The notes under the pieces are model-generated. The model was not told the origin of the DNA, ran no database searches, and saw nothing but the letters and a program-made list of their open reading frames with translations. Positions 1-9,028 of a DNA stretch of 64,000 nt are shown in pieces (the first letter of the stretch is position 1; every line of letters starts with the position of its first letter). The stretch spans positions 202,491 to 266,490 of IMG/VR virus record IMGVR_UViG_3300025930_000007; one strand, written 5' to 3'. The position numbers were made by a program, and so were the translations under genes.

Positions 1-148
1 TCTTGCAGCGGACGCAAGTTTCAAAGCTGCCCTGAACCTCCGAGGCCCGACGCTCCGGATTCTGGCGGCGATCGACATTCATCACGCTCCCCATCAGGAA
101 GTGATGCTTCTTCCTACGCAACGTCTTCTTTTTTCTCGCCTTCTTCAT
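1..148 (-). CDS. hypothetical protein (partial, runs off window)
   Basis: ATG at 148 overlapping upstream stop; MKKARKKKTLRRKKHH... Confidence 0.45.
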   Translation of the reverse strand, partial: MKKARKKKTLRRKKHHFLMGSVMNVDRRQNPERRASEVQGSFETCVRCK

Positions 149-327
149 AAGGCCTTAGCCGATTGTTTGAGGACAAGGTCGGCATCACAGAAGATGCATT
201 TATCCCTGGCTCTCTTCCTAAGACCGCAGGTATCCGAGATGCAGGTATTCAGCATAGGATAGGCCGCCAGACGCCGCACGACACGGCGGAGCTCCTTCAA
301 GGCCTTGGTCTTGCTCACGTAGCCCAT
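145..327 (-). CDS. hypothetical protein
   Basis: MGYVSKTKAL...; fits overlapping gene chain. Confidence 0.5.
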   Translation of the reverse strand: MGYVSKTKALKELRRVVRRLAAYPMLNTCISDTCGLRKRARDKCIFCDADLVLKQSAKAL

Positions 328-725
328 CGGTTCGACTTCTCCAGATCGCTCAGCATCTCGTTGACCTTCGCCGCCAGCTTGCACTCGCAAGTATCGTCCT
401 GAGGGCAATTGATGTGTTCGTGGGGGTCCCCGATCTCGACGAGCTGCTTAATCACTTCATGAGCATCCTTCACCATCGTGGTGTAGATGCTCCGCTGGCC
501 ATGGAGGTAGCCTGCGGTGAAAGCCTCGTGATGCTCCTTGGGGAATTCCATCATCTTCTTGGGTTGATCGTTGTCCTGGATCGCCGGCACGCCGCCGAGC
601 GATTCCCCGCGACACTGCGTACAGGTCGCGATAGGATCTTTCCTGCAATGGTGACAGTTGCAGATCGTCCACTCGGTATTCTTCCCGCATTTGACGCAGT
701 AGCCCGTCGCCGATTCGGTCTTCAT
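315..725 (-). CDS. hypothetical Cys-rich (Zn-finger) protein
   Basis: CxxC pairs; ATGA overlap with neighbour. Confidence 0.65.
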   Translation of the reverse strand: MKTESATGYCVKCGKNTEWTICNCHHCRKDPIATCTQCRGESLGGVPAIQDNDQPKKMMEFPKEHHEAFTAGYLHGQRSIYTTMVKDAHEVIKQLVEIGDPHEHINCPQDDTCECKLAAKVNEMLSDLEKSNRWAT

Positions 726-922
726 TCCTCGATTTCCTTCCCCGGAAGATCCATTTTCTTCGTATAAGGCATCCCCAGCTTGTCATGGAGCGCCTTGATC
801 TCGGCGTCTAGAGCTTGACCGATCACGAGGCATTTGTTCGCATCGTAGCCAGCAGAACCATCGACCTGCCGGAAGCGGTAGGCGAGATCCGCGATCAGGA
901 TGAGCCGATCTTTGAGCGTCAC
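722..922 (-). CDS. hypothetical protein
   Basis: ORF in overlapping chain. Confidence 0.6.
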   Translation of the reverse strand: MTLKDRLILIADLAYRFRQVDGSAGYDANKCLVIGQALDAEIKALHDKLGMPYTKKMDLPGKEIEE

Positions 923-1137
923 AGTCCAGCCCGATTCCTTTCCATGAGTGCGCTCCGAAGGTGTGGGAAAGCGATCGAGGCCTTGACCTGGGCGTGCTCC
1001 AGTTCCTTCCTCACCCAGTCCGGAAGGATCGCGTCCTTGCAGTCCAGGACCTCGTCGATGGCGTCCCAGAGAGCCCCTACGCCTTCTCTCTGCTTTTCTT
1101 CCGGCGTCATCCGATTCAGAATGTCCAGAAGGCTCAT
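919..1137 (-). CDS. hypothetical protein
   Basis: MSLLDILNRM start, 4-nt overlaps both sides. Confidence 0.6.
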   Translation of the reverse strand: MSLLDILNRMTPEEKQREGVGALWDAIDEVLDCKDAILPDWVRKELEHAQVKASIAFPHLRSALMERNRAGL

Positions 1138-1487
1138 TCGACGATCCCCAGCATCTCCCCCGATCCCAGAAGCTTCACGACCCGAGTCGCGGCGATGAAG
1201 GGGTTCATGATGACGCTTTTGGCATCCTTGCCGAACTGCTTCTCGCGCGTCGGGGTCACGTAGAAGCCCGACTTGGCACGCCACTCGACGACGGCCTTCT
1301 TCTCCTCGAACTCGAAGGTGTAGAAGGTGCCGGCGCCTTCTTCCGGCGGGATCGGTCCCTTGACTGCGGTCTGGACGACGGGCTTTTCTTCCGTGTACTT
1401 CACGCCGAAGAGCAGCCGACGGACTTCCTTCACGAAGACGTCGTTCTGCAGCTCGGGATCCGGTTTCCGTTCGGGTTTCTCGGGCAT
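1134..1487 (-). CDS. hypothetical protein
   Basis: AGGAGG RBS upstream. Confidence 0.7.
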   Translation of the reverse strand: MPEKPERKPDPELQNDVFVKEVRRLLFGVKYTEEKPVVQTAVKGPIPPEEGAGTFYTFEFEEKKAVVEWRAKSGFYVTPTREKQFGKDAKSVIMNPFIAATRVVKLLGSGEMLGIVE

Positions 1488-1496
1488 GGCTTCCTC

Positions 1497-1670
1497 CTAT
1501 AGGCTGGCGTATTTACGCCGATCATATTCGTTGTACAACTTCTCGATCTCTGAGGTGAGGATGCTCGGATAAAGTTGCCCCACCATCTCCCGGATAAGCT
1601 GACGACGTTCCCGAATCTCTTCCAAGATCGCCGTCGGATCGAGCTTTAGAGCCTCCTCAAGCGATTTCAC
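1497..1670 (-). CDS. small hypothetical protein (57 aa, not in ORF track)
   Basis: GTG start after AGGAGG; MKSLEEALKLDPTAILEE... Confidence 0.55.
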   Translation of the reverse strand: MKSLEEALKLDPTAILEEIRERRQLIREMVGQLYPSILTSEIEKLYNEYDRRKYASL

Positions 1671-1823
1671 GCGCCCTCCTGAAAACGGCTTGGTCTTCCG
1701 CCAGCGTCCCGTCTGCCTTGAGCTCAGCGTAGAGCTTTCTATGCCGACGCCGAAGATGGGAGACCCAGGTCTTGAAGCTGGTCAGCACCTTCTTGCAGCG
1801 GCAGATGACCTGGCACGATGACT

Positions 1824-2120
1824 TCACGCCATTTCCTTTTCCATGGACCCTTCGAAGTCGCGCTCATATTCCTCATTGTATTCGGAATCGTCCCACTGAT
1901 CGTTGTCGGACTGCATCTGACCTGAAGCGAGAAGGGCGGCGGCCGCCGCGGAATCACAGGTCGTCCGGGCATAGAGCTTCCTGAGATTCTTCGCGAAGTG
2001 CCGAGCGTCTTTAGCCTTGTTCATGCGGGCCACGGGGATACCACTGGTCATGACCTTCCAGCCGCGCATCTTATGGCCATAGAGATTGCGGCCGCCACGA
2101 GCCACCTCAACGACCAGCAT
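1824..2120 (-). CDS. hypothetical protein
   Basis: ORF in chain, acidic C-terminus. Confidence 0.55.
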   Translation of the reverse strand: MLVVEVARGGRNLYGHKMRGWKVMTSGIPVARMNKAKDARHFAKNLRKLYARTTCDSAAAAALLASGQMQSDNDQWDDSEYNEEYERDFEGSMEKEMA

Positions 2121-2367
2121 TGTCGTCCTCTTTCTTGGGAAGGAAGATGAACCGGATCGTCATGTTGACCAGAATGATCGGCCATAGAAGCGACGCGATC
2201 GCCACCATCACCAGCCACACTCCCCGATTGGCCCGAAAGCAGGCGTCGAAGGCCGCCCGAGATTGCGGCCGATACGGCTCGGACCAGAAATAGAAGATCA
2301 ACCCGCATAGCAGATAGATGCTGAGATAGAACGTCGAATTCTGGTTCATCAAACCTCGGGCTTCCAT
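2107..2367 (-). CDS. small membrane protein
   Basis: two hydrophobic segments. Confidence 0.6.
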   Translation of the reverse strand: MEARGLMNQNSTFYLSIYLLCGLIFYFWSEPYRPQSRAAFDACFRANRGVWLVMVAIASLLWPIILVNMTIRFIFLPKKEDDNAGR

Positions 2368-3074
2368 CCACTTACGCCGCGAATCCAGAGCAGCCAGTCA
2401 TTCAGGAACTTCTCATCGCAGGTTTCGGCGATCGGCCATGGCTTGCGAGCGTCGATCCTCTCGATCGTGGTCTCGGCTTCCTTGACGGCCTGGTCGGTCG
2501 ACCAAGCACCCGTCCTGATCGCCATCAGCTTTTCCTTCTCCTCGCCATCCTTCCAGACCTTGGGCTCGCCGCCCTGGGCAATCCGCTCCGCATCCCAGGC
2601 CACGCGAACCATGTGGTAGCACCACTTCTCGCCGGCGACCCCGCCCTTCGAATGGACGGGTTTTGAATGCTTGAAGCGCTGGAGCTGCGCCACGGAATAT
2701 CCGAGGTACTGTTTCACGACGTTCTGGCAGAGGAACTTCTTCCGTCCCTCATAAAGCGGCTTCCACTTGGGATCAAACCAGACGAACTTGTCCGTGAAGA
2801 GCATCTCGATGATTCCGGGATTGCCCTTGATGAGCAGATCGCAGAACTTCTTGACCTCATGGACCTGATAGTCCGGCTTCTCGCCGGTCAAGGTATCGCT
2901 GGGAGGGTGCAGGCCCAGAAGATCCTTGGGATAGGCGACGTAAACGCCCGTGTAATCGATGTCGCTCGAGGGAAGCTGGGTATCGTGCGAATGGCTTCCC
3001 CAGACCTTCGAGAAAAGAACCATGCCGCGGATCTCGCGGTCATTGCTGCGCCAGCCGAGAGGATTGAGATCCAC
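2349..3074 (-). CDS. Pol-beta superfamily nucleotidyltransferase (RlaP/PF10127-like)
   Basis: GSHSH...SDIDYTGVY motif, KGNP..IEMLF, Y.GY signature. Confidence 0.85.
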   Translation of the reverse strand: MDLNPLGWRSNDREIRGMVLFSKVWGSHSHDTQLPSSDIDYTGVYVAYPKDLLGLHPPSDTLTGEKPDYQVHEVKKFCDLLIKGNPGIIEMLFTDKFVWFDPKWKPLYEGRKKFLCQNVVKQYLGYSVAQLQRFKHSKPVHSKGGVAGEKWCYHMVRVAWDAERIAQGGEPKVWKDGEEKEKLMAIRTGAWSTDQAVKEAETTIERIDARKPWPIAETCDEKFLNDWLLWIRGVSGWKPEV

Positions 3075-3338
3075 TTAATTACTCTCCCTGAGAATCTTCG
3101 CATTGCCGCACTTGGGGCAGCGGAGGACGATGATCACCTTTCTCTCAAGCATGTCCTGAACCTGGGCGGTCCAAAAGTTCCCCAAATTGACGGAATGCTT
3201 TCTGGCTTCTTCGATCCGACTGGGAAGTTCCGTCTTGTCGACGAACTCCCAAGCATGCTTACATTGGAAGGCCTTGACGATTATGGCCATCACGACGATC
3301 ATGATGCCGATCATGCTGAAGCCTGCGAGGAGCGTCAT
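3075..3338 (-). CDS. membrane-anchored Zn-ribbon protein
   Basis: N-terminal TM, CxH...CxxC. Confidence 0.65.
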   Translation of the reverse strand: MTLLAGFSMIGIMIVVMAIIVKAFQCKHAWEFVDKTELPSRIEEARKHSVNLGNFWTAQVQDMLERKVIIVLRCPKCGNAKILRESN

Positions 3339-3342
3339 ACCT

Positions 3343-3675
3343 TCACCCCTGGATGTTCCTTAGGCAGCAGGGCGCCGACCCAAGACATTTCCCGCAAAGA
3401 TCCGGCATCCCGCCGTGCTCGCTAAGTACGACTTCGCCCAGGCCCTTGCATGTCACGCATATATCGGTCGGCCAGCCGTCTCCAGCCTCCGGTCCCACGA
3501 AGCCGTGGTAGAAGTAGACGAACTCCTCGACTCCGAAACCGCCGCCGGCGGCGATGTCCTCAAGCGTCTGACCTGGAAAGGCTTTTGCGTAGGTCTGGTA
3601 GGCCTTCAGGGCGTCCTCCCAGAGGACGCACATCCCCTTCCTGCAGTTCGAGATGATGGGGAAGAATCTCAGCAT
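3343..3675 (-). CDS. hypothetical protein with CxxCxG repeats
   Basis: Q..E..A..GGFG motif, CxxCxGxG. Confidence 0.6.
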   Translation of the reverse strand: MLRFFPIISNCRKGMCVLWEDALKAYQTYAKAFPGQTLEDIAAGGGFGVEEFVYFYHGFVGPEAGDGWPTDICVTCKGLGEVVLSEHGGMPDLCGKCLGSAPCCLRNIQG

Positions 3676-3729
3676 GACGTCGGAACTCCGGTCCTACCCA
3701 CCACCAATCTCCTTCCGGCTCTGTGGTTA

Positions 3730-3758
3730 GGTTTACCGGTTTACCGCCGATTTGTCAA
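3730..3758 (-). promoter_or_regulatory. sigma70-like promoter with GTAWACCGGTAWA operator
   Basis: TTGACA-17-TAAACC; spacer ends GGTAAACCGG. Confidence 0.65.
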
Positions 3759-3976
3759 GCGTTGCCGTAATGGTCGCGGAATTCTTTGATGAACCCGCGG
3801 AGGGTGAGGAGCCAAGGCTTCTCGATTGCATCGATCTGAGGATTCTTGATCCTGTCCGCGGCAGCCGCTTCATCGAGGAAGCGGTTGACCTTTACGACTT
3901 CCGGCTTAGACAGCTCGACAAAGTAGCCGTTCTCGCCGTCGCCGTCTTCCCATTTCACGCTGTAGATCTTTTTCAT
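3755..3976 (-). CDS. hypothetical protein
   Basis: ORF in chain. Confidence 0.6.
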   Translation of the reverse strand: MKKIYSVKWEDGDGENGYFVELSKPEVVKVNRFLDEAAAADRIKNPQIDAIEKPWLLTLRGFIKEFRDHYGNA

Positions 3977-3990
3977 ACCGTCCAGTCCGT

Positions 3991-4386
3991 TCAGAGCGAT
4001 TCTTCGTCAACGAATTTCAGCCAGCGATCTGGTTCGAGGATCATGATATCCGCGCCGTCCGGATAGTTGTTGGGAATGATCCAGCCGTCGAAACCGGATA
4101 CTCGTATCAGATCGACGAGCTCTTCCGTGCCACGGGCTTCCATCCCCGCCTCTTCCGCAAGATCATCGAAATCTCTCTTGGATTCAATCAAGGCCAGATT
4201 GGGTATTTCGTACTGCACCTCAAACCTAAGGATTCGTTTATGCTTCCCTTCGTGCCAGGTCGTGAAGTACGTAGCCACGCTTCTGGTATCGCTGAAGAAT
4301 GCTGGGCCCCTCGGGATCCGGAAGCCTTTTGAGGACGTCCCATGGTAGAGATCGGTCCCAACGGGAAGACTTCTGCCTTCAGCCAT
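3991..4386 (-). CDS. ADP-ribosyltransferase-fold protein (ART-PolyVal-like)
   Basis: LYHGTS...AFFS...A..F and GFDGWI motifs. Confidence 0.6.
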   Translation of the reverse strand: MAEGRSLPVGTDLYHGTSSKGFRIPRGPAFFSDTRSVATYFTTWHEGKHKRILRFEVQYEIPNLALIESKRDFDDLAEEAGMEARGTEELVDLIRVSGFDGWIIPNNYPDGADIMILEPDRWLKFVDEESL

Positions 4387-4387
4387 T

Positions 4388-4636
4388 TCAAGACCTGTCG
4401 AAGGGCAACTGGATCTTCGGGAAACTGCTGGAGCTGCCTTCACTCGAGTCCGTCATGATGACTTCGGCGCCCTTTACAAGCAAGCATCCGTCTTTCAGAC
4501 AACGATTGAAGATATCGAATTCTGCCTGACTGAACATCAAGCTTCCGCACATGCTCATGTGGCTCGTCTCATGGCCCATAAAGAGGCGGACATGGACGTG
4601 CTTGTCCCGGACCTCGTATTTCATCTTGATGATCAT
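4388..4636 (-). CDS. hypothetical protein
   Basis: ORF abutting neighbours. Confidence 0.55.
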   Translation of the reverse strand: MIIKMKYEVRDKHVHVRLFMGHETSHMSMCGSLMFSQAEFDIFNRCLKDGCLLVKGAEVIMTDSSEGSSSSFPKIQLPFDRS

Positions 4637-5023
4637 CTACTGCGATTCGACGATATCTTCGAACCGGAGGGGGCCGAACGCCTTATCCCAGGCTGCGGCC
4701 GCCCAGCGCATGCCGTCGACCTTTTCGCGCGGTGCATCCTTGTGCCTGAAATGCTGCCGCATCGACCAGTAATCCTCGCCCTCGATCTCGATGGAGAAAT
4801 AGCCGGCTCGTTTCAGTTGCAGGGCCTGCTCGTAGGAGGCGTTGAAGGTGACGTAGAAGCCGTCCGGATGGCCTTCGCACGAATAGTGGGTGGGAAGCCC
4901 CAACTGGTCAAGCATGAGGACGAAGTAGTTCACGCCTGGATCGAGAAGTTCGCCGCCGCGATAGATCTTGATCGCTGCAGCTTCGTCCCAGACGTTCTTC
5001 TTTGTATATATGCCTTTTCGCAT
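4637..5023 (-). CDS. hypothetical protein with T..SCEGH motif
   Basis: LDPG...L..LG..T.YSCEGH phage-type motif. Confidence 0.7.
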   Translation of the reverse strand: MRKGIYTKKNVWDEAAAIKIYRGGELLDPGVNYFVLMLDQLGLPTHYSCEGHPDGFYVTFNASYEQALQLKRAGYFSIEIEGEDYWSMRQHFRHKDAPREKVDGMRWAAAAWDKAFGPLRFEDIVESQ

Positions 5024-5029
5024 AGAAGA

Positions 5030-5089
5030 GACCGTCTGGGGGGTGTGACGGCTCAGAGTGATTCTATTCGGCCATCATCCCCAAAGCAA
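5030..5089 (-). promoter_or_regulatory. promoter + C-rich-loop leader hairpin
   Basis: TTGCTT-17-TAGAAT then GCCGTC-ACACCCCCCA-GACGGT. Confidence 0.6.
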
Positions 5090-5091
5090 GC

Positions 5092-5149
5092 TGGCTTTCA
5101 GGATTCGGACAGGATAGACTTTCAGTGGCCTTCCGTCCCCCGGCAGGCC
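5092..5149 (+). promoter_or_regulatory. promoter + C-rich-loop leader hairpin
   Basis: TAGACT (5115-5120) then GGCCTTCCG-TCCCC-CGGCAGGCC. Confidence 0.6.
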
Positions 5150-5184
5150 TTATCCGGCCGTCTTCCGCCCTGATCGGTTGCTCC

Positions 5185-6060
5185 ATGGCGCATAACACGG
5201 CCTCCTTCGATTTTGGAACCTTCCAAGTTCACGTCAAGTATATCGGGCAGCAAGGAGGCTATGCCTACGCCACCAGAATCGAGGTTCCTGGCTATGATCC
5301 GATCGATAGCGGAGTTCTCCTGCCGAGCTTCCCAATTTTCTCCTCCGCAGCGGCAGGGGCCATCGACCAGCTCCGCGAGCTTCTTCAAGTAGGCGTTCCG
5401 GCATACTTGGACGACTGGCGCCAGGCAAGAGGAACTATCAGCTTCAAGGAAGTCCAGGACATGAGGCTCACCTTTCTTTCGTGGAAGGACGCGGCCGCCG
5501 CGCTCGGCGGAGACCAGGCTCTTGCAAATGCGATAAAGCAATTGGAAGCCCAGGAGTTCGCAGAAAAACAGGCGAACTATCCGAAACAAGCGAGACCAAC
5601 TCCAGGCGAGATCCCAGTCGATGTCCAATATGACCTTGGATCTGTCCTCATGGATATGCGCGTAATGGGAATCGTCGAAGGATTCCCCATGTGGCATATC
5701 ACGGCAATCCCTCCCGGAACAGACCTGCAGGCCAGTTCTGTTATTGTCGCGACGTCTCCGTTCTCGCTCCCTATCTCCCAGTTGATGGTGGACAATCTTG
5801 AGGCTGTCCTGAGACAAGGCGTTGAACGTTACCTTCGTGAAGACCCCAGGGCCACCCGCACTCCGGTCACGCCAGAGAAGAGGAGCGCCACGGAAAATCT
5901 CTATGCCGTGGCCAGCTATCTTGGGCCAGAGGGTATCGCTCATGCGGATCAGGCGGTGAAAGATCTGATCCAGGAGAAGCTCGATACCCTTGAAGGGCAG
6001 GCTTTAGAGGCGATGGAAGCTACGATCGCCGAGTACCGGAAACGGAAGCCGAAACTCTAA
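5185..6060 (+). CDS. hypothetical protein (291 aa)
   Basis: long ORF with natural composition, divergent from 4637-5023; start MAHNTASF. Confidence 0.75.
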   Translation: MAHNTASFDFGTFQVHVKYIGQQGGYAYATRIEVPGYDPIDSGVLLPSFPIFSSAAAGAIDQLRELLQVGVPAYLDDWRQARGTISFKEVQDMRLTFLSWKDAAAALGGDQALANAIKQLEAQEFAEKQANYPKQARPTPGEIPVDVQYDLGSVLMDMRVMGIVEGFPMWHITAIPPGTDLQASSVIVATSPFSLPISQLMVDNLEAVLRQGVERYLREDPRATRTPVTPEKRSATENLYAVASYLGPEGIAHADQAVKDLIQEKLDTLEGQALEAMEATIAEYRKRKPKL

Positions 6061-6365
6061 CGCTTCATGATCCGGTCGAGAAGTTCCTTCTTCTCAGGCA
6101 TGTTCATCAGGATCCAGGCGTAGACTGCCTTCCCCATGGCGTTGTCCCATTCCGGGATTTCCGAGAAAGGAAAATCTCCAGTTCCCGTCTCGGAGAATTC
6201 TTTGGCGATCCTGTCCCAAAATGCGCGTTCGGCGACTTCAATCGCGCGACTCATGCGCTCCCGGAAGGCTTCTGCACGCAGACGCAGATCTCGCTCCTGG
6301 GGCGTCTCAGGATGCCCGTTCGTGAGAGGCATTCCTGCTGCGAAAGCGTCATATCCTGAAGCCAT
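6057..6365 (-). CDS. hypothetical protein
   Basis: AFW..IA..F.E..TGDF motif; convergent 4-nt overlap. Confidence 0.7.
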   Translation of the reverse strand: MASGYDAFAAGMPLTNGHPETPQERDLRLRAEAFRERMSRAIEVAERAFWDRIAKEFSETGTGDFPFSEIPEWDNAMGKAVYAWILMNMPEKKELLDRIMKR

Positions 6366-6367
6366 AA

Positions 6368-6517
6368 TTACTTCTTCTTACGGCCCAAGCTGGCCTTGAC
6401 CTTTTCCGCGCAGCGCTTGTACTTCGCTTCGCTCCAGCCCTTCTTCTTCTGCATCGCGCGGCAGACGGCGAAGGCGTTCTTGGCCTGCTTGGCGCCCATG
6501 CTCAGCTTGATCTTCAT
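6368..6517 (-). CDS. small basic protein (49 aa, not in ORF track)
   Basis: GAGG RBS; MKIKLSMGAKQAK...KASLGRKKK. Confidence 0.6.
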   Translation of the reverse strand: MKIKLSMGAKQAKNAFAVCRAMQKKKGWSEAKYKRCAEKVKASLGRKKK

Positions 6518-6535
6518 GTTCTGTTCCTCGTTTTC

Positions 6536-7318
6536 TTAGAGAAGACCCAATAGCCACAGAAGACTGGCGCCGCCGGCGACCGCGCCGCCAGTGTACGCCA
6601 CCGTCTTGATGATCTTGACTCTCCCCATCGCCTCGGCGCACTCCACGGCCTTCCCGGTCACGACGACCTCCCCGTGCGAGATCTCGAACGTAGCCGTGGG
6701 TGGCGCTGTGGCCAAAAACTCCTTCAGTCGCTCCTGGAGTTTGTCGACGATCGGGAACCCGTCCGCCTGAACGATGTCCCGAAGGCATTGCTCGCGCGCC
6801 AATTCCTTGGCAGCCTCTTCGGGAGTCAGAGGACTGAGGACAACCGTGAGAAGATCGGAGAGTTCCTTCGCCTCATTGTAGGTGAGCTGCGTCTTTCCGT
6901 GGAATCCCGTCTTCCCTGGAGGTGTCATCGGAGGTCCTTTGACGGGCTTCGGCGGCAGCGTCATGTTCGGGCACCGAGCCTGGACGGTGCCAGCGACCGC
7001 ATCTTCAGCTTGTCCTGTCTGTTCCGCCTGCTGCCGAACATAGGACCAGAAGATCCGGGAACGAGCGTCATTCTCTTCGTTACTTCCCGCTTGCTCTTCC
7101 GAGAACTTCTTGAGCATGTCGCAGATCCGAGTCTGACGCTGCTCGATCCTTACGGCGTCGTCCGGCCTCTCGGGACGGACAGCGGGCCGTTGGGCAGGTT
7201 TCGGACCTATAGGCATTCCCTTCGCATTCTCGTCCTGGCCCATCCAGGCCCCAGACAGAACAGGATTGATCGGTCGGATGCCCATGGTTCCGAATGCCGA
7301 CTGGTTGAACATGCCCAT
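6536..7318 (-). CDS. orphan protein with MGQ motif and C-terminal TM (putative virion protein)
   Basis: AGGAG RBS; ...GAWMGQDE...; C-terminal GGAVAGGASLLWLLGLL. Confidence 0.75.
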   Translation of the reverse strand: MGMFNQSAFGTMGIRPINPVLSGAWMGQDENAKGMPIGPKPAQRPAVRPERPDDAVRIEQRQTRICDMLKKFSEEQAGSNEENDARSRIFWSYVRQQAEQTGQAEDAVAGTVQARCPNMTLPPKPVKGPPMTPPGKTGFHGKTQLTYNEAKELSDLLTVVLSPLTPEEAAKELAREQCLRDIVQADGFPIVDKLQERLKEFLATAPPTATFEISHGEVVVTGKAVECAEAMGRVKIIKTVAYTGGAVAGGASLLWLLGLL

Positions 7319-7343
7319 CTCCTAAGCCAGAAACTAGCGATGG

Positions 7344-7391
7344 GCCAGAGGAAGGGGGGGGAGAGCCCCTGGCTGAGTCTTCAGGATTTTA
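7344..7391 (-). promoter_or_regulatory. -10 box + C-rich-loop leader hairpin
   Basis: TAAAAT (7386-7391) then GCCAGGGG-(CTCT C8 TT)-CCTCTGGC. Confidence 0.55.
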
Positions 7392-7408
7392 CGACAGAAG
7401 ATTCCGAA

Positions 7409-7840
7409 CTACAAGACTTGCTTCACGTCTTCCATCATAAGCCAGACCGGTGACCCTTCTTCTCCGATGAGGAAGGTGAGCGTCCCATTCCTTGAGATCC
7501 CGCCGACCTGCTCCTTGTTGACGTTTCCATTGCCCATCACGGTCATCTGCAGGCTGGTCTTCTTTCTGGGCACGGAAATGATCTTCTGAATTTCCGATAG
7601 CATCATCTCAGCCGTGAGATTGACTTTGTCCTTGTGATAGACGCGTACTCTGAAGAGATCCTGGTCATGATCAGCCAGAAGGTCTCCTTTGATGACGATG
7701 GGATCTTTCGAGAAGAAGAAGAGCCGGATATCTACAGGCCCGTGCTTTCGGATGCCCTTGTAGATCGGAATGCCGGCCACCGCGGCCGCTGCCATGACGC
7801 CCGCACCTTGGACGAAGTTCCGTCTGGTCAGGTTTCGCAT
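7409..7840 (-). CDS. Tat-signal protein
   Basis: TRRNFVQGAGVMAAAAVAG twin-arginine motif. Confidence 0.7.
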   Translation of the reverse strand: MRNLTRRNFVQGAGVMAAAAVAGIPIYKGIRKHGPVDIRLFFFSKDPIVIKGDLLADHDQDLFRVRVYHKDKVNLTAEMMLSEIQKIISVPRKKTSLQMTVMGNGNVNKEQVGGISRNGTLTFLIGEEGSPVWLMMEDVKQVL

Positions 7841-7847
7841 AGTTCAC

Positions 7848-8132
7848 CTATATAGCTGGAGGAATAGGAGGTGCCGGGGGTGGTGGAATAGGTCCAGGAA
7901 GAGGCCAATCGCGGCCGCAGAGAGGACAATGCTCAGGCTTCGGCATCTCTCCGCCGAACATGATCATCTTCGGGCCTTCACATTTCGAAGGACCTGAGAT
8001 GACACTCTTCTTCCGCTTCCTCTTTCTCCAGAAGGCGATAGCCAGGGTAACCAGGATACTGACCGTAATCGAGCAGAGCGTGAACAGCAAGTCCGCCTTG
8101 AAGACCGTCCAGAACATCGGCTTGTCGTTCAT
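7848..8132 (-). CDS. membrane protein with Pro-rich tail
   Basis: TM followed by basic stretch. Confidence 0.6.
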   Translation of the reverse strand: MNDKPMFWTVFKADLLFTLCSITVSILVTLAIAFWRKRKRKKSVISGPSKCEGPKMIMFGGEMPKPEHCPLCGRDWPLPGPIPPPPAPPIPPAI

Positions 8133-8156
8133 TCTCTACTTCCTATTACGATCCTA

Positions 8157-8345
8157 TCAGGATTTCGGCGCCTTCTGGCCTGGTTTCTGCCATTCCAGAG
8201 GACCCCAGCTCCAAGGGCATCGCCGGCAGCGCCAGCCATCCATCAGCGAGAACACGTCCGGCGCGACCCTTCCGGTGATTGACCGCACTCGCTTCCGATC
8301 ATGGATCCCCAGCCGACATAGCAGGCGCCCAAAAAGTTTTCTCAT
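8157..8345 (-). CDS. small Zn-ribbon protein
   Basis: LCRLGIH...CRRC. Confidence 0.55.
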   Translation of the reverse strand: MRKLFGRLLCRLGIHDRKRVRSITGRVAPDVFSLMDGWRCRRCPWSWGPLEWQKPGQKAPKS

Positions 8346-8348
8346 CCT

Positions 8349-8633
8349 TCAACTCTTTTGCGCGTCTCTGAACTTCAACGCTCCGCTGATGCACAGGTGG
8401 ATTCCGATACCCATGAGCGTCAGGGCTGGCCAACGACTAGTTGAATTCTGGTAATCGCTGGTCATATAACCAGGGCAACGGCGCTTTGGGCACACCCATC
8501 CTTCCATCCAGATCTCGGGATGCCCGGGCTTGATCTCGCGCCCTACGCATGCCATTTGGGCGCCGCACTGGTCACAGACCTGGCTTCCAAACGTCTTGGG
8601 AATGGAATCCCCTACCGAGTAAGCTTTCTCCAT
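8349..8633 (-). CDS. hypothetical Cys-containing protein
   Basis: start MEKAYS after AGGAG. Confidence 0.5.
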   Translation of the reverse strand: MEKAYSVGDSIPKTFGSQVCDQCGAQMACVGREIKPGHPEIWMEGWVCPKRRCPGYMTSDYQNSTSRWPALTLMGIGIHLCISGALKFRDAQKS

Positions 8634-9028
8634 CACGAATATTCCTTCTCCTGAATTCCGTCCAGCATGTTCAATAATAGGCGGCAAATGGCCATGGAAG
8701 GCGTTCTGGCTGCAGCCCAATAATCCTCGGTTGCATTACGGTAATCCCCGCGTCTTGCGGCATCAATGTTGAAGTGGGATAGCTGTGCTTCCCATTCATC
8801 GATCACGATGTCGCCGGCGTATGAGGCCCATTTAAGCTCAAAGTTCCAGCCTCGCTTCCAGGCGACATCATGAGCGATCTTTACCGCCTGATCAAGATCG
8901 CGACTTGGCATCCATTTCTCGAAAGGAGATTTTCCGTTGAAGAGGAGGGATAGAAGCTGGAGATCGGTTTCCTCTTCGGACGGCCAATCCTCTTCGTTTC
9001 GACGGACTCTTTTGGGAGAACCGTCCAT
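8633..9028 (-). CDS. phage ABA-sandwich-like domain protein
   Basis: W.PS.DLDQA...A.TPSMAICRLLL. Confidence 0.55.
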   Translation of the reverse strand: MDGSPKRVRRNEEDWPSEEETDLQLLSLLFNGKSPFEKWMPSRDLDQAVKIAHDVAWKRGWNFELKWASYAGDIVIDEWEAQLSHFNIDAARRGDYRNATEDYWAAARTPSMAICRLLLNMLDGIQEKEYS

